Below are positions 16,106 to 41,589 of a DNA stretch of 64,000 nucleotides, one piece after another. The stretch's first letter is position 1. Each line of letters begins with the position of its first letter. Under the pieces are notes generated by a model, which searched no databases, was not told where the DNA came from, and saw only the letters and a program-made list of their open reading frames with translations. Made by a program: the position numbers and the translations under genes. The stretch comes from the human T2T-CHM13v2.0 reference genome, Homo sapiens: NCBI RefSeq assembly GCF_009914755.1, contig NC_060931.1, one strand, 5' to 3'.

Positions 16106-17059
16106 CTGATACACATAAAAAGATCAGAAATATGAAAAAAAGGTAACAGTGACATTAACACTTGGTTTCATCATTATCACACAAGTAGGCTTATGCTGCC
16201 AATTCCACAGCAGTCTGAGTTAGACTCAGTCCTGAAATAATTGATTTTTATATTATGAAGTTTATTAACTTTTTTCCCTTTAAAAAAAAAATTCCTTGAG
16301 TCTCCTTCCCGTATCTCTATAACCAAACATCCTTTTCTTTTCTTTTCTCTTCGAAATTTCTCTTCTTCCTATTTCCGTCCCTTAATACTTTGTAAATCTT
16401 GTCCTTTTTTGAACCATATCACCTGAACCTCTTAGGTTTTCTCTTTTTTTTGAGACGGAGTCTCGCTCTGTCGCCCAGGCTGGCGTGCAGTGGCGTGATC
16501 TCGGCTCACTGCCAGCTCTGCCCCCAGGGTTCGTGCCATTCTCCTGCCTCAGCCTCCCGAATAACTGGGCTGATTCCCCCACAAGATTCAAAAACAAAAG
16601 AAAACTGGCTGACTCACCGGCGTTGTTTTCAGTGGTCGTTTTGCTGCTTTCTTCTTCACACCGCGATTGAAGCTGTCCTCAAATCATTTTCTTGTCTTCT
16701 TGTCTATTTGTATGAATTACTGAGTTACATTCTCATTGCTACTTATTTAAGCAAAGTATTCTTAGTTTGTTAAGAACAAAGAACTACAAATTGTGTTCAT
16801 TTTCTGTCCTTTCCTGTTCTTAGACTAAATTACCTGAAATACATCAAAATATATGCTGTATGCTTACCTATATCAAAACTATGTTGTTTAGGTGCCGGGC
16901 ACGGTGGCTCACACCTGTAATCCAGCACTTTGGGAGTTCAAGGCGGGCGGATCGCCTGAGGTCAGGAGTTCAAGACCAGCCTGGTCAACATGGCAAAACC
17001 CCGTCTCTACTAAAAATACAAAAATTAGCCAGGTGCAGTGGACAGTGCCTGTAATCTCA

Positions 17060-17218
<159 letters not shown>

Positions 17219-17618
17219 TTAGGGATACTTAGCTGACAAAATAATAGAGACAAGCATGACATAATTACCACAAAAATCAGGCCCTGGGGTGCTGGTGGGG
17301 AAGGTTTAAGTGGAAAGAATGGAGCGGTGACAATGTGTGTCAACCTAGGAGGTGGTGACCCTGGGGTTCGCTTTGTAATTCCTCAAAATGAGCATTTATG
17401 TGCTATTCACTTTTCAGAGGATAGAATTCTGAACTAAAATGTTTAAGCAGCCATACGCAAAAAAAAAAAAAAATATGGATAGATTTTTATTTTAATTAAA
17501 ACATTTAAAAAATAGAGACAAGGCAGCTGGGCGTGGTGGCTCACGCCTGTAATCCCAGCAATTTGGGAGGCCGAGGCAGGCGAATCACGAGGTCAAGAGA
17601 TCGAGACCATCCTGGCTA

Positions 17619-17843
<225 letters not shown>

Positions 17844-18126
17844 CTATGTTGCTCAGGGTGGTCTCAAACTCTCCGGGCTCAAGCAATCCTCCCGCTTCGG
17901 TCTCCCAAGCAATCCTCCCGCTTCGGTCTCCCAAAGCGCTGAGATTCCAGGCGTGAACCACCGCGCTCGACCAGGAAAAAAAATATATATATATATAATA
18001 TATAATATATTTTATAATATATTATGTCATATATTACACATAATATACAATATGTATAATACGCATAATAAAGGTATATTTAATATATATAAAGATATAT
18101 ATGTATATAATAATTTTTTTTTTTGA

Positions 18127-18270
<144 letters not shown>

Positions 18271-18576
18271 TAATTTTTGCATTTTTAGTAGACACGGGGT
18301 TTCACCATGTTGGCCAGACTGGTCTCGAACTCCTGATCTCAGGTGATCCGCCCGCCTCGGCCTCCCAAAGTGCCGGGATTACAGGCGTGAGCCACGGCGC
18401 CCGGCCTGAATAAATCTTTTAAAACATAAAAATCTGGGTGAGCCCCTGGCCGGCCGGCACAGATGCCGGGGTGGGGCCGCGAATCGGTTGGGACGCACTC
18501 TATCCGGCCTAGGGGCACCCGGGCCAGCACCCGGCCGCCGCGCGTGCGCAGTGGGCGGGGGGCCCCGCGCTCCTAC

Positions 18577-18708
18577 CTGCAAGTGGCCAGTGCCAAGTGC
18601 TGGGCCGCCGCTCCTGCCGTGCATGTTGGGGAGCCAGTACATGCAGGTGGGCTCCACACGGAGAGGGGCGCAGACCCCGTGATAGGGCTTTACCTGGTAC
18701 ATCGGCAT
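18577..18708 (-). pseudogene. Duplicated AIMP2 (JTV1/p38) coding exon 1, serving as the likely first exon of STAG3L; 44 open codons
   Basis: [44 protein letters not shown] versus the AIMP2 N-terminus [51 protein letters not shown] context; donor CAG|gtagga at 18577/18576. AIMP2 is head-to-head with PMS2 at the parental locus. Confidence 0.92.
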
Positions 18709-18740
18709 GGCGCAACCAAAGCAAGAGAGGGTGGCGCGTG

Positions 18741-18838
18741 CCAGACACCAACGGTCGGAAACCGCCAGACACCAACGGTCAGAAACCGCCAGACACCAAC
18801 GCTCGGAAACCGCCAGACACCAACGCTCGGAATACACG
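18741..18838. repeat. 24-bp minisatellite x4 (CCAGACACCAACGGTCGGAAACCG)
   Basis: Units start at 18741, 18765, 18789 and 18813. They translate as QTPT(V/L)(G/R)NR on + and S(E/D)RWCLAV on -. Confidence 0.93.
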
Positions 18839-20030
18839 CCAGACCACGACGGAGGGCGACCACCTCCCTTCTGACCCTGCTGCGGGCGTTCGGAAAAAAA
18901 AACGCAGTCCGGTGTGCTCTGATTGGTCCAGGCTCTTTGACGTCACGGACTCGACCTTTGACAGAGCCACTAGGCGAAAAGGAGAGACGGGAAGTATTTT
19001 TTCCGCCCCGCCCGGAAAGGGTGGAGCACAACGTCGAAAGCAGCCAATGGGAGCCCAGGAGGCGGGGCGCCTGTGGGAGCCGTGGAGGGCACTTTCCCAG
19101 TCCCCGAGGCGGATCCGGTGTTGCATCCTTGGAGAGAGCTGAGAGCTGGAGGTGAGCTGGGCTCGCGGTCGCCCCTCTCGCGCGCCCTCTTTGAGAACCA
19201 CGGCTTCCAACCTCCCTGGAAATGGGGGGAACATGGCCGAGGCGCGTGGCGAGGTCACCTCGTGGAGGCCCCGGAGCGGCATCCTCAGCGCCCCAGCGAT
19301 CCGGTGCCCATTAGGTGCGCCTTGAAGCCGAGGCAAGCTCCTTCGGGGTGCTGGGCTGCGGGCAAAGAATTCGGCCCTGTGAAGAGTTGGGTTCGGCCTG
19401 TCTCAGGCCCTGCCCACATCCCATCACAGGGCCGTGGACTTGAAGCCGGAACGTGAAATCCCCATAGACTGAATGCATTTCCTTTCTACCTGTTCTCCCT
19501 CCCCTTTTATTTTTATTTTTATATTATTTTATTTTTAATTTTTATTTTATTTTTTTGTAGAGACGGGGATTTCGCTATGTTGCCCAAGCTGGTCTGGAAC
19601 TCCGGAGCTCAAGCAGTCCGCCCGCCTTGGCCCCCCAAAGCGCTGGAATTACAGGCGTAATGCACTGTGCCTGGCCTTTTAAAAAAAAATTGAGGTTATT
19701 TTGGGGACAGTAGAGCATCCAGACATATCCTAATTTGCGTAGCTGCTCAGTTTTAAAAAATGCAATGCATTTTTACCTGTTAGGGTATGTGATTTCTGGC
19801 TGGTAAGCTACACCGAATCTTGGCTAGCACAGTTGAATTCCATGTCAGATTTGTAAACGCAAATTTGCTCTCTGCATTTAAATATATTAGATATATTTAG
19901 GTAACTACATTTAAATGTATTGAGACATTTAAATAAATTTGCCGTCTGTATCTAAATATCTGAAGTGGACCAGGTGCGGTGGCTCACACCTATAATCCCA
20001 TCACTTTGGGAGGCCAAGGCAAGTGGATCA

Positions 20031-20267
<237 letters not shown>

Positions 20268-20802
20268 TCAGAAGTGAACCTGTAGCCTGTAGTGTGTTGC
20301 CAAATAAACTTATTTTTAGAGATACTTCTTTCCATTTTCTGTGAGGTCATCTGCAGTTTCACATGGTAGACAGACTTAGGTGAGATTCTTAGCAACATAG
20401 AATGAAGAGTAAAGAGGTTTGTTTATTTCACAAGGGTTTATTGAAGGCCTACGATGTGTTAAATGCTGTAGGAAATACCCACTGATTTCTCTTTTCATGG
20501 AGGTTTCCCGCCTTCTCTTAACGAGTGATCAATTAAACTGTTTACTGGGAACTTGCTAAGTTAATGAACACACGGGATACATTCTTTGGATGAGCAGACA
20601 TTGGTTGGGCAGAGGGGCAAGAGGAGAGCAGTTTAGACAGAGACCTGCTTATACACTGTAGTGTCTAAGAGAGCTTGTGATGTTCAGGAAACAGTTGTTC
20701 ACTGTGCTGCAATATAGGGGACGGCCAGTTGCGGTGGCTCACACCTGTAATCCTAGTGCTTTGGAAGGCCAAGGCGGGCAGATCACCTGAGGTCAGGAGT
20801 TA

Positions 20803-21120
<318 letters not shown>

Positions 21121-21403
21121 CTAGATTTTAAGTTTCATATAGTAGGAAGTGGGGCACTAGTAATTTTTCAAGCAGAAAAATTATTTGACCAGATTCGTGA
21201 TTTCAAAAATAGCTCTGGTGATAGAGTGGAGGATGGGTTGGAGCAGGGAATAAGGGGAAATGAAACCGTTATAAAACTCTTAAAGTGGGCTGGGCGTGGT
21301 GGCTCACGCCTGTAATCCCAGCACTTTGGGAGGCTGAGGCGGGCGGATCACGAAGTCAGGAGATCGAGACCATCCTGGCTAAAACGGTGAAACCCTGTCT
21401 CTA

Positions 21404-21606
<203 letters not shown>

Positions 21607-21788
21607 TTAAAACAAGTACAGCAAGAACTTTGAGGGTCTTTGCTAAGACAGCAGCTGGCAGCTTCAATTTGGAGTAGGGTATCAAAGGCAACTGTGTATA
21701 AGGAATAGTTATATAACTGGTATCCAATTTCTGAGATGATTTTGACTTAAACATTGTGTATTTCCCAGCATACTGTTGGTTTTTCTAA

Positions 21789-22143
<355 letters not shown>

Positions 22144-22387
22144 TAATTTGAGAGATACAATGTATGTTTTCTCCATGTGGATACTAGATAGTAAGGATGT
22201 GTTGAATTTGAAGTGTCTATCCAGAAGTATTTTGGGTACTTGTTTAAGGATTGTAAAACAATGTTTCCATTTCTGGATATAATAAATGTATTTGTTAATA
22301 TAATAAATGAATAGATTAGAACCATAAACTATTTGCAGTGTTGAGTCATTTCCCACAGTTAAAATCAGGATGAAAATATATAGCTGA

Positions 22388-22594
<207 letters not shown>

Positions 22595-22906
22595 TGATCA
22601 GTGAATGTTGTTGTAGTCAAGAAACATTTGTTATTGAAATAAGACTATCAAGTGTTGATGTAGTAATAAACTATTATTTTTAAGTTAAAGTTAGCACCTA
22701 TTATGTGCCTAGTACTTAGCTAGGTAGTAATAATAATAACGACAGCTTTTCTTGTGTTCTTATGGTGTGCCAGGCAGGTGTTATGCTAAGAATTGCACAG
22801 AAATATCTCATTTAATTTGCAGAATAGCTGGGCGTGGTGTCTGACGCCTGTAATCCTAGCCCTTTGAGAGGCTGAGGTGGGGGGATTGCTTGAAGCCAAG
22901 AGTTCA

Positions 22907-23236
<330 letters not shown>

Positions 23237-23792
23237 TCAAAAAAATAAAATAAAATAAAATAAAATAAATCCTGGAGTAGTGGCTCACATCTGTAATCCC
23301 AGCACTTTGGGAGGCTGAGGGGGGCTGATGCTTTGAGGTCCGGAGTTCAAGACCAGCCTAACCAACGTGGTAAAACCCTGTCTCTACTAAAAATACAAAA
23401 ATTAGCCAGATGTGATGGTGCATGGCCGTAATCTCAGCTCCTCAGAAGGCTGAGGGAGGAGAATTGCTTAAACCTGGGAGGTGGAGGTTGCAGTGAGCCA
23501 AGATCGATTGTGCCACTGCATTCCAGCCTGGGTGACAAGAGCAAAAGTCCATCTCAAAAAATTAAAAAAAAAAAAAAAAGGAAAGAAAAAAAAGAAAATG
23601 ACAAAATTAAAAAAAAAATTATTAATCTGCCAAATAACTTTATGAGATAGAACTTATTACCTCCATTTTACAGTTGAGGAAATTAAGGGACAGTAAATTT
23701 CCTTTTTTTGAGATTATAAAGCTAATAAAATAGAATCTAGGAAGTCTGATTCCAGAACCAGTTCTGTTTTTTTTTCTTTTTTTTTTTTTTGA

Positions 23793-24154
<362 letters not shown>

Positions 24155-24679
24155 TGATCACAACCAGTTACAGATTTTTTTGTTCCTTCTCCACTCCAAC
24201 TGCTTCACTTGACTAGTGTAAGGAAAAAAAAAAAAAAAGAGGAAAGAAAGAAAATGCTAAACTATTTAATCTGGGCTAGTAAATGGTCAGAAAGAACTTT
24301 ATAAAAATGAAATATACAAAATGACACTAGTATGTTTAACTAAAGGTATAGTTACGACACTTAAATTTGCACGTTATAAATAATATCAATATAAAAACTG
24401 ATAGCGTGGGTCCATTTTTAATAAATATATAAATATTTTAAACTTTCTAGATCTAAAGCTTAAGGACTATGGAATGGATCTCATTGAAGTTTCAGGCAAT
24501 GGATGTGGGGTAGAAGAAGAAAACTTTAAAGGCTTAAGTAAGTTAACTTTCTAATCCTATTATAAAATAATTGGGCCACATGTCTTAGAATTTTGAGTAA
24601 CACTGTCTTGGGAAACACAAAAACAGTTTTCTAAAGCCAGTTACTAGATATCATGTATATTTGTTGTTATAGCACTTGA

Positions 24680-24817
<138 letters not shown>

Positions 24818-25187
24818 TGATAAAATATTTTTATCCATTCACTTGACCCCTTAGAAAAACCTCTCTGAAAATTAATTGGAATCATTATTATTTACAATTT
24901 TCTATCTCAATATCTCAGCTTCTAGCTTCTGAATTCTGTTTTGTCTCACTGCCAATCTAAGTCCTAGTACTTCTGAAATGTGAGCAATAAATGAATGAAA
25001 TGAAGCAAATAGTATTGTTTAAAAAATTGGTTACCCTTATTAAAACAGTAACTTCTCAATTTGAACAGAACATATAGATAATAAATGATAGTTACCATTG
25101 GTTTTCATTATCAATTTTTAGGGAAACATTTCACCAAAGCACTATTTAATTATAGCACAGATACTAAATTTTTATAAATGATTACAT

Positions 25188-25205
25188 GCACACACACACA
25201 CACAC

Positions 25206-25255
<50 letters not shown>
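25188..25255. repeat. (CA)n(TA)n plus poly-T microsatellite
   Basis: cacacacacacacacacatatatatatacatatatata...tttt. Confidence 0.88.
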
Positions 25256-25897
25256 AGACAGAGTCGCACTCTGTCACCCAGGCTGGAGTGCAGTGGCACA
25301 GTCTCAGCTCACTGCAGTCTCTGCCTCCCAGGTTCAAGTGACTTTCGTGACTCAGCCTCCTGAAGAGCTGGGACTATAGCGTGCACCACCACTCCTGGCT
25401 AATTTTTGTATTTTTAGTAGAGATGGGGTTTTGCCATGTTGCCCAGGCTGGTCTGGAACTCCAGGCCTCAAGTGATCTGCCCTCCTTGGCCTCCCAAAGT
25501 GCTGGAATTACAGGCACGAGCCACCGCACCCTGCCCTACATATACATTTTAATTATAATATCTTTTGGATTCTTTAAAAAAATTTTTTAAAATTTTAAAA
25601 AATTCTTTAAAAAAATTCTTTTAAAAAATTTTGTTTGAAGAGTAATAACAAAACAAATCTCTATTTGAGAATCAATAAATCTTGAGATCATTTATGGTTT
25701 TGCAATTCAACCTGAAAAATGAAGTCAAAGCTTTTATCAAAACAAAGCATGTTTAGTGCTCTCTGTCTCACTGTCTTTTAGATGCCAGACCTTAGATTTT
25801 GTGATGACTCCTCAACCGTTTAGATCTCGGTTATCTCAGAGGGATCATCAGCTTTTTAAGAAAATTTTGAGAGAAAAGCAAGTGAAGAAAAGAGTAG

Positions 25898-26146
<249 letters not shown>

Positions 26147-26520
26147 TAAATTAATCCTGGTTTTCAAGAGTATTGGTTAATGCACATGAGCAAAAGATTT
26201 ACTAAAGATGTTTATTCTTCAGTTGATTCTCTTCCCATAATTTATTGAGAAATGCTTTATTTGCATTTCTCATTAAAGACTTAACTTCAGGATGATTTAC
26301 TTTTTTCTTTTTATCACATAATGTTTATTAGGACTGGGAAACATAGTGAGACTCTGTCTCTATGAAAAATTAAAAAAAAAAATTGACTGGGCATGGTGGC
26401 ATGCACCTGTAGTTCCAGCTACTTGGGAGGCTGAAGTGGGAGGATCACCTGAGCTCAGGAACTTGAGACTGCAGTGAGCTATGATTGCGTCACTACACTT
26501 CAGACTGTGAGACAGAGTAA

Positions 26521-26694
<174 letters not shown>

Positions 26695-27223
26695 TGAGTA
26701 GCTACCATTACAGGCGCGCGCCACCACGCCCGGCTAATTTTTGTATTTTCAGTGGAGACGGGGTTCCACCATGTTGTCCAGGCTGGCCAGGCTGGTCTTG
26801 AATTCCTGCCCTCAGGTGATCCGCCCACCTCGGCCTCTCAAAGTGCTGGGATTACAGGCGTGAGCCACCATGCCTGACCTTATGTACTTATATTTTTATG
26901 AGAATATTTCTCTTGGTTTTCTGATAAATGAGTTACTGGAACCCTTATGAATTTGAATGCAAATGAAACAGCTAAATGTTATATAATTGTTGTGTTTAAA
27001 AAGCAGATTATAAAACTGTCTGTATTATATGATTACAGTTTTATAAAAACAAAACAGGCCTAAATGTGTATAGTATAAAGACTGAAGAGTCAGCACTTCC
27101 ATGTTCTCAGCGGTTATCCTTGGATGTGAGATCTCATGCACTTTTTGCTCTCTTCTTTGTGCCTTTCCATTTTGCATGCGTATTTCTTATAATCTAAAAA
27201 GTTACTTAAACATATGCAGCTAA

Positions 27224-28279
<1,056 letters not shown>

Positions 28280-28299
28280 GATTTACAAACCGCGTCCCA

Positions 28300-30850
<2,551 letters not shown>

Positions 30851-31062
30851 TCAGCCAGGCACAGTGGCTATGCCTGTAATCCCAGCACTTTGGGAGGCCA
30901 AGGTGGGTGGATCACCTGAGGTCAGGAGTTCAAGACCAGCCTGGCCAACATGGCGAAACCCTGTCTCTAATACAAATACTAAAATTAGCCAAGCATGGTG
31001 GCCACTGCACTCCAGCCTGGGTGACAGAGCAAGACTCTGTCTCAAATAAAGAAAGAGAAAGT

Positions 31063-31285
31063 ATCATGCTTTTCAGAGTTCTGTGGGTTGTTATGGTGAA
31101 TTATCAAACCTGAGGACGTGGTGGGAACCTCCAAATTTGCAGCCAGTTGGTGAGAAGTACATGCGGTCTGTGGACACCCAAGCTTGCAGCTGCATCTGAA
31201 GCGAGGGCAGCCTAGCGGGGGCTGGTGGCCTTAACCTGTGGCATTTGATGTAACATCAGGGAGTTGACATCAGAATTACGTCACA
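31063..31285 (+). mobile_element. MER21-family LTR fragment
   Basis: gagttctgtgggttgttatggtgaattatcaaacctgagg..gtgggaacctccaaatttgcagccagttggtgagaagt resembles the MER21 3' half (from memory). Confidence 0.6.
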
Positions 31286-31384
31286 CAGGCCAGGTGCAGT
31301 GGCTCATGCTTATAATCCCAGCAATTAGAAAGGCAAGATAAGAAGATTGCTTGAGCTTGAGTCTGAGCCCACAGTGAGCTATGA

Positions 31385-31730
<346 letters not shown>

Positions 31731-32015
31731 TAGCCAGGATGGTCTTGATCTCCTGACCTCATGATCCGCCCACCTCAGCCTCCCAAAGTGCTGGGATTAC
31801 AGTCCTGAGCCACCGCGCCTGGACTTTTTTTTTTTTTTTTTTTTTTTGAGAGGGGTTGGGGAGACATATTCTCTGCTAGTGATTCTCCTGCCTGGTCTCG
31901 AACTCCTGCTGGGATCACAGGCGTGAGCCACCACGCCCAGCCACCTTTAGAGTTTTCTTACCACCTGGTTTTCCTCTCTCAATATCTTTCTCTCATTTCC
32001 TGCTTTAAAACTCTA

Positions 32016-32159
<144 letters not shown>

Positions 32160-32162
32160 TCA

Positions 32163-32342
<180 letters not shown>

Positions 32343-33389
32343 TCAGCCTTCTCTTCTGTTGTTTTTCTTTAAAAAATAAAAATTAAAAATAGGCTTCAAG
32401 TGATCCTCCCGCCATGACCTCCAAAACTGCTGGGATTGTAGGTGTGAGCACTGCACCCAGCCGTATGTTTTTTTCTACATAAAAAACAGCACAGGATTAT
32501 CTTCCAAAGCTAATAAATATGTTCAAATAAGCACAACCCCATTAAGGAAAAATGTCACTTGACAGCAAATAATCAATCCAGACCACAATATGATCACACT
32601 CACTGTGAAGGTGAGAAAAGTTCATCTTTATTATGTTTCCCCAAGAGATGCACTGCACTGTTCTCTTGAAAACACACAGCTCATGTCCTCCTTTAGAACA
32701 CACATCCTCTTTAAAGTAACATACAAACATGCCAAAACAAGATAAAAAATTCCATCTGAATTCTCACATTTCAAACATACACTAAATATCAAATAAAAAT
32801 TTATTTTTACAAGAATTTAGGGGAACTACCACATAGCTATAAATGTAATATATATGTTAACTAAGTATCATAGATAAAAACCATGCTCCCCTTCAGCAGC
32901 ACGTGTAATAATAGATACAAAGATTGAAAGGTAAAAGATTTAGGATGAAAAGAATCCTCTCTTAAAAAGGAAAACAAAATTATATGTATGTGTATACAAC
33001 AGTTATAACACCCATCACACAGCTTTGTAGAAACAGCATCTATTCAAAAATACCAGTATTTCCAAAATATTTAAAATAATATTTAAAGTAATAATAATAT
33101 TTAAATAAATAAACATATTTAATAAATATTTCAATAAATAAAATAATATTTAAATAATTCTATACCCATGTTTTTCAAAATAAACCAATAAAATAGATAG
33201 TATATATTAGACGTGTTAGTATATATATCTGAGACATGTTAAAAATCACAACTGAATTCTCACAATTCAGTCACAAACCTAAACAGCAAATAAAAATTTC
33301 TATCACCAGAATTATGTTTTTTTCTGGTGGGGAACTACCAATAGCTATAAATAGAAGAGATTATTATGGAAGTATCATAGATAAAAAGA

Positions 33390-33413
33390 GTGCTCGCTTC
33401 AGGAGCACATATA
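33390..33413 (+). pseudogene. U6 snRNA 5' fragment (degenerate retrocopy)
   Basis: GTGCTCGCTTCAGGAGCACATATA matches U6 nt 1-24 (GTGCTCGCTTCGGCAGCACATATA) at 22/24. A more diverged copy lies at ~32883. Confidence 0.6.
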
Positions 33414-33882
33414 ATAATACAGAAAAAAATTTAAAGATAATAAAAGATTTAGGATAAAAAGAATTCTCACTTAAAAATGAAAAGAAAATTATCTTTAGGT
33501 ATATATAACAACTATAACTCTCATCAAAAAACTCTACAGGAACAGCATGTTTTCAAAAGTACAACAATTTCCAAACTATTTGAAATAAACCTATTAATAA
33601 TTCAATGGCCAACATTTTCCAAACAAACCAATAAAATGCATAGTGTGCATGAAGCTATCTGTTACAGTCTGTGGCACTCATATTTCACAAAGAATTCTGT
33701 GCCAATCTGAGCCCCTGCACTGTGCCTTCAAATGCTCCTGGACTGTGGCAACCAAGTCCATAAGAAATAGGACCTCCAGGTTCCGCCCCAGGGAGGTTGG
33801 CATTCAGCAATATAAAAAGGGAGGTGGTGCCGCAGGAAAGGGTGGAACTGGAAACACTCCTGGTTTCTTACTTTTCTCCAAG

Positions 33883-34055
33883 GACTCCTAGAAGTACCCC
33901 ACCCCACCCCTGCTCCTTGGAGGACAACGTGATCACTGTATTCAGCTCTGTCAAGAATGGTCCAGGTTCTTCTAGATGATCTGCACAAATGGTTCCTCTC
34001 CTCCTTCCTGATGTCTGCCATTAGCATTGGAATAAAGTTCCTGCTGAAAATCCAC
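33883..34055 (+). other. Candidate PMS2P terminal exon (TPRSTPPHPCSLEDNVITVFSSVKNGPGSSR*) with polyA signal
   Basis: Acceptor ttcttacttttctccaag|G, phase-compatible with the MSTA exon. Stop at 33977-33979, AATAAA at 34031-34036. The peptide resembles the C-terminus recalled for PMS2P1-type predicted proteins. Confidence 0.65.
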
Positions 34056-34974
34056 ATCTCCCCTGGGTCCGGTGTTCTGGAAGTGAGAGAGACAATGTCA
34101 CACTTCAAGGAGGCAGCTCTCTAGACAGGAAGGTTATTCACGTCCCATGTCAAGTCTAGCTAGAGTTCAGAGCAATTGAGAAGTGCAATTTTATCTCCTG
34201 CCTTTCATTCTATACCCTGCTTCTGAACCATCGTGTTCAACTGTGAAACTCACACTTTGGTGACCCTGACTCCAAAACTTAATACACCCAAGGTCAGCCC
34301 CAGTGATCTGCTTCATAGCAAGGACTTTGGGTGGGTCTTCCCAGGGAGTAGGGCACCCTCAGAGAATGTGGCTTTGGACTTCATCACAGCTGGGGCCTTT
34401 TGTGTCACTTCAGATCTAAACTTGTAACCGTGCTAGATCTGTTTCTAATGTGACAACATCACGAACCACGAGTCCAGAAGCCTAATCCATAATCCTCCCT
34501 CCTCATGACAAAGTCTCATGCTCTGTGCTCAACATGGTTAGCTGCACAAGATGTAAACCAAAGCTTCACTGAACCCTCGACCCAGATCGGTAACTCAAGT
34601 GCATCAATCATAATGAACCTCCCCGAACTCAGTATTTATGATTATTTTTGAGGCAGGGTCTCACTCTGTCGCCTGGGCTGGAGTGCAGTGGCAGGATCAG
34701 GGCTCCCTGCAGCCCCGACCTCCCAGGCTCCAGCGATCCTCCCGCCTCAGCCTCCTGAGTAGTTGGGAGTAGAGATGCCTCCCACATCGCCTGGCTAATT
34801 TTTGTATTTTTGTGGAGAGGGGATCTCGCCACGTTGCCCAGGCTTGAAGCCAGATCAAGCAATTGGGTTCCTTGGATTTCCGAAATAGACCCCAATATTC
34901 TGCCTTTACCCCGGAGGATGCAGATGTACCTTCTCTCAGGCCGATGACCTCAGGCCTCCACGGTCCCTGGAGCT

Positions 34975-41589
<6,615 letters not shown>

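Larger units (their letters stand above)
18430..19420. promoter_or_regulatory. Bidirectional CpG-island promoter (copy of the PMS2/AIMP2 promoter)
   Basis: High CpG density between divergent first exons. Inverted CCAAT (attgg, ~18922), palindromic CRE TGACGTCA 18938-18945, ETS-like GGAA cores (~18989, ~19014), GC boxes (~19003, ~19061), CCAAT 19044-19048, NRF1-like GCGCGTGCGCA ~18540-18550. Confidence 0.88.
32780..34076 (-). other. Probable SPDYE 3'UTR terminal exon
   Basis: Donor GAAG|gtacat at 34930/34929 after the stop. Strong acceptor ttgtctctctcacttccag|AAC at 34076. Minus-strand AATAAA at 32805-32800. Confidence 0.6.

Noticed and set aside
18741-18838. Regularly spaced repeats as a CRISPR-like array
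   Set aside because: The units are contiguous with no unique spacers, in eukaryotic DNA with no cas genes. It is a minisatellite.
33390-33430. Functional U6 snRNA gene
   Set aside because: Only about 24 nt match. There is no full-length body, PSE/TATA or T-run terminator.
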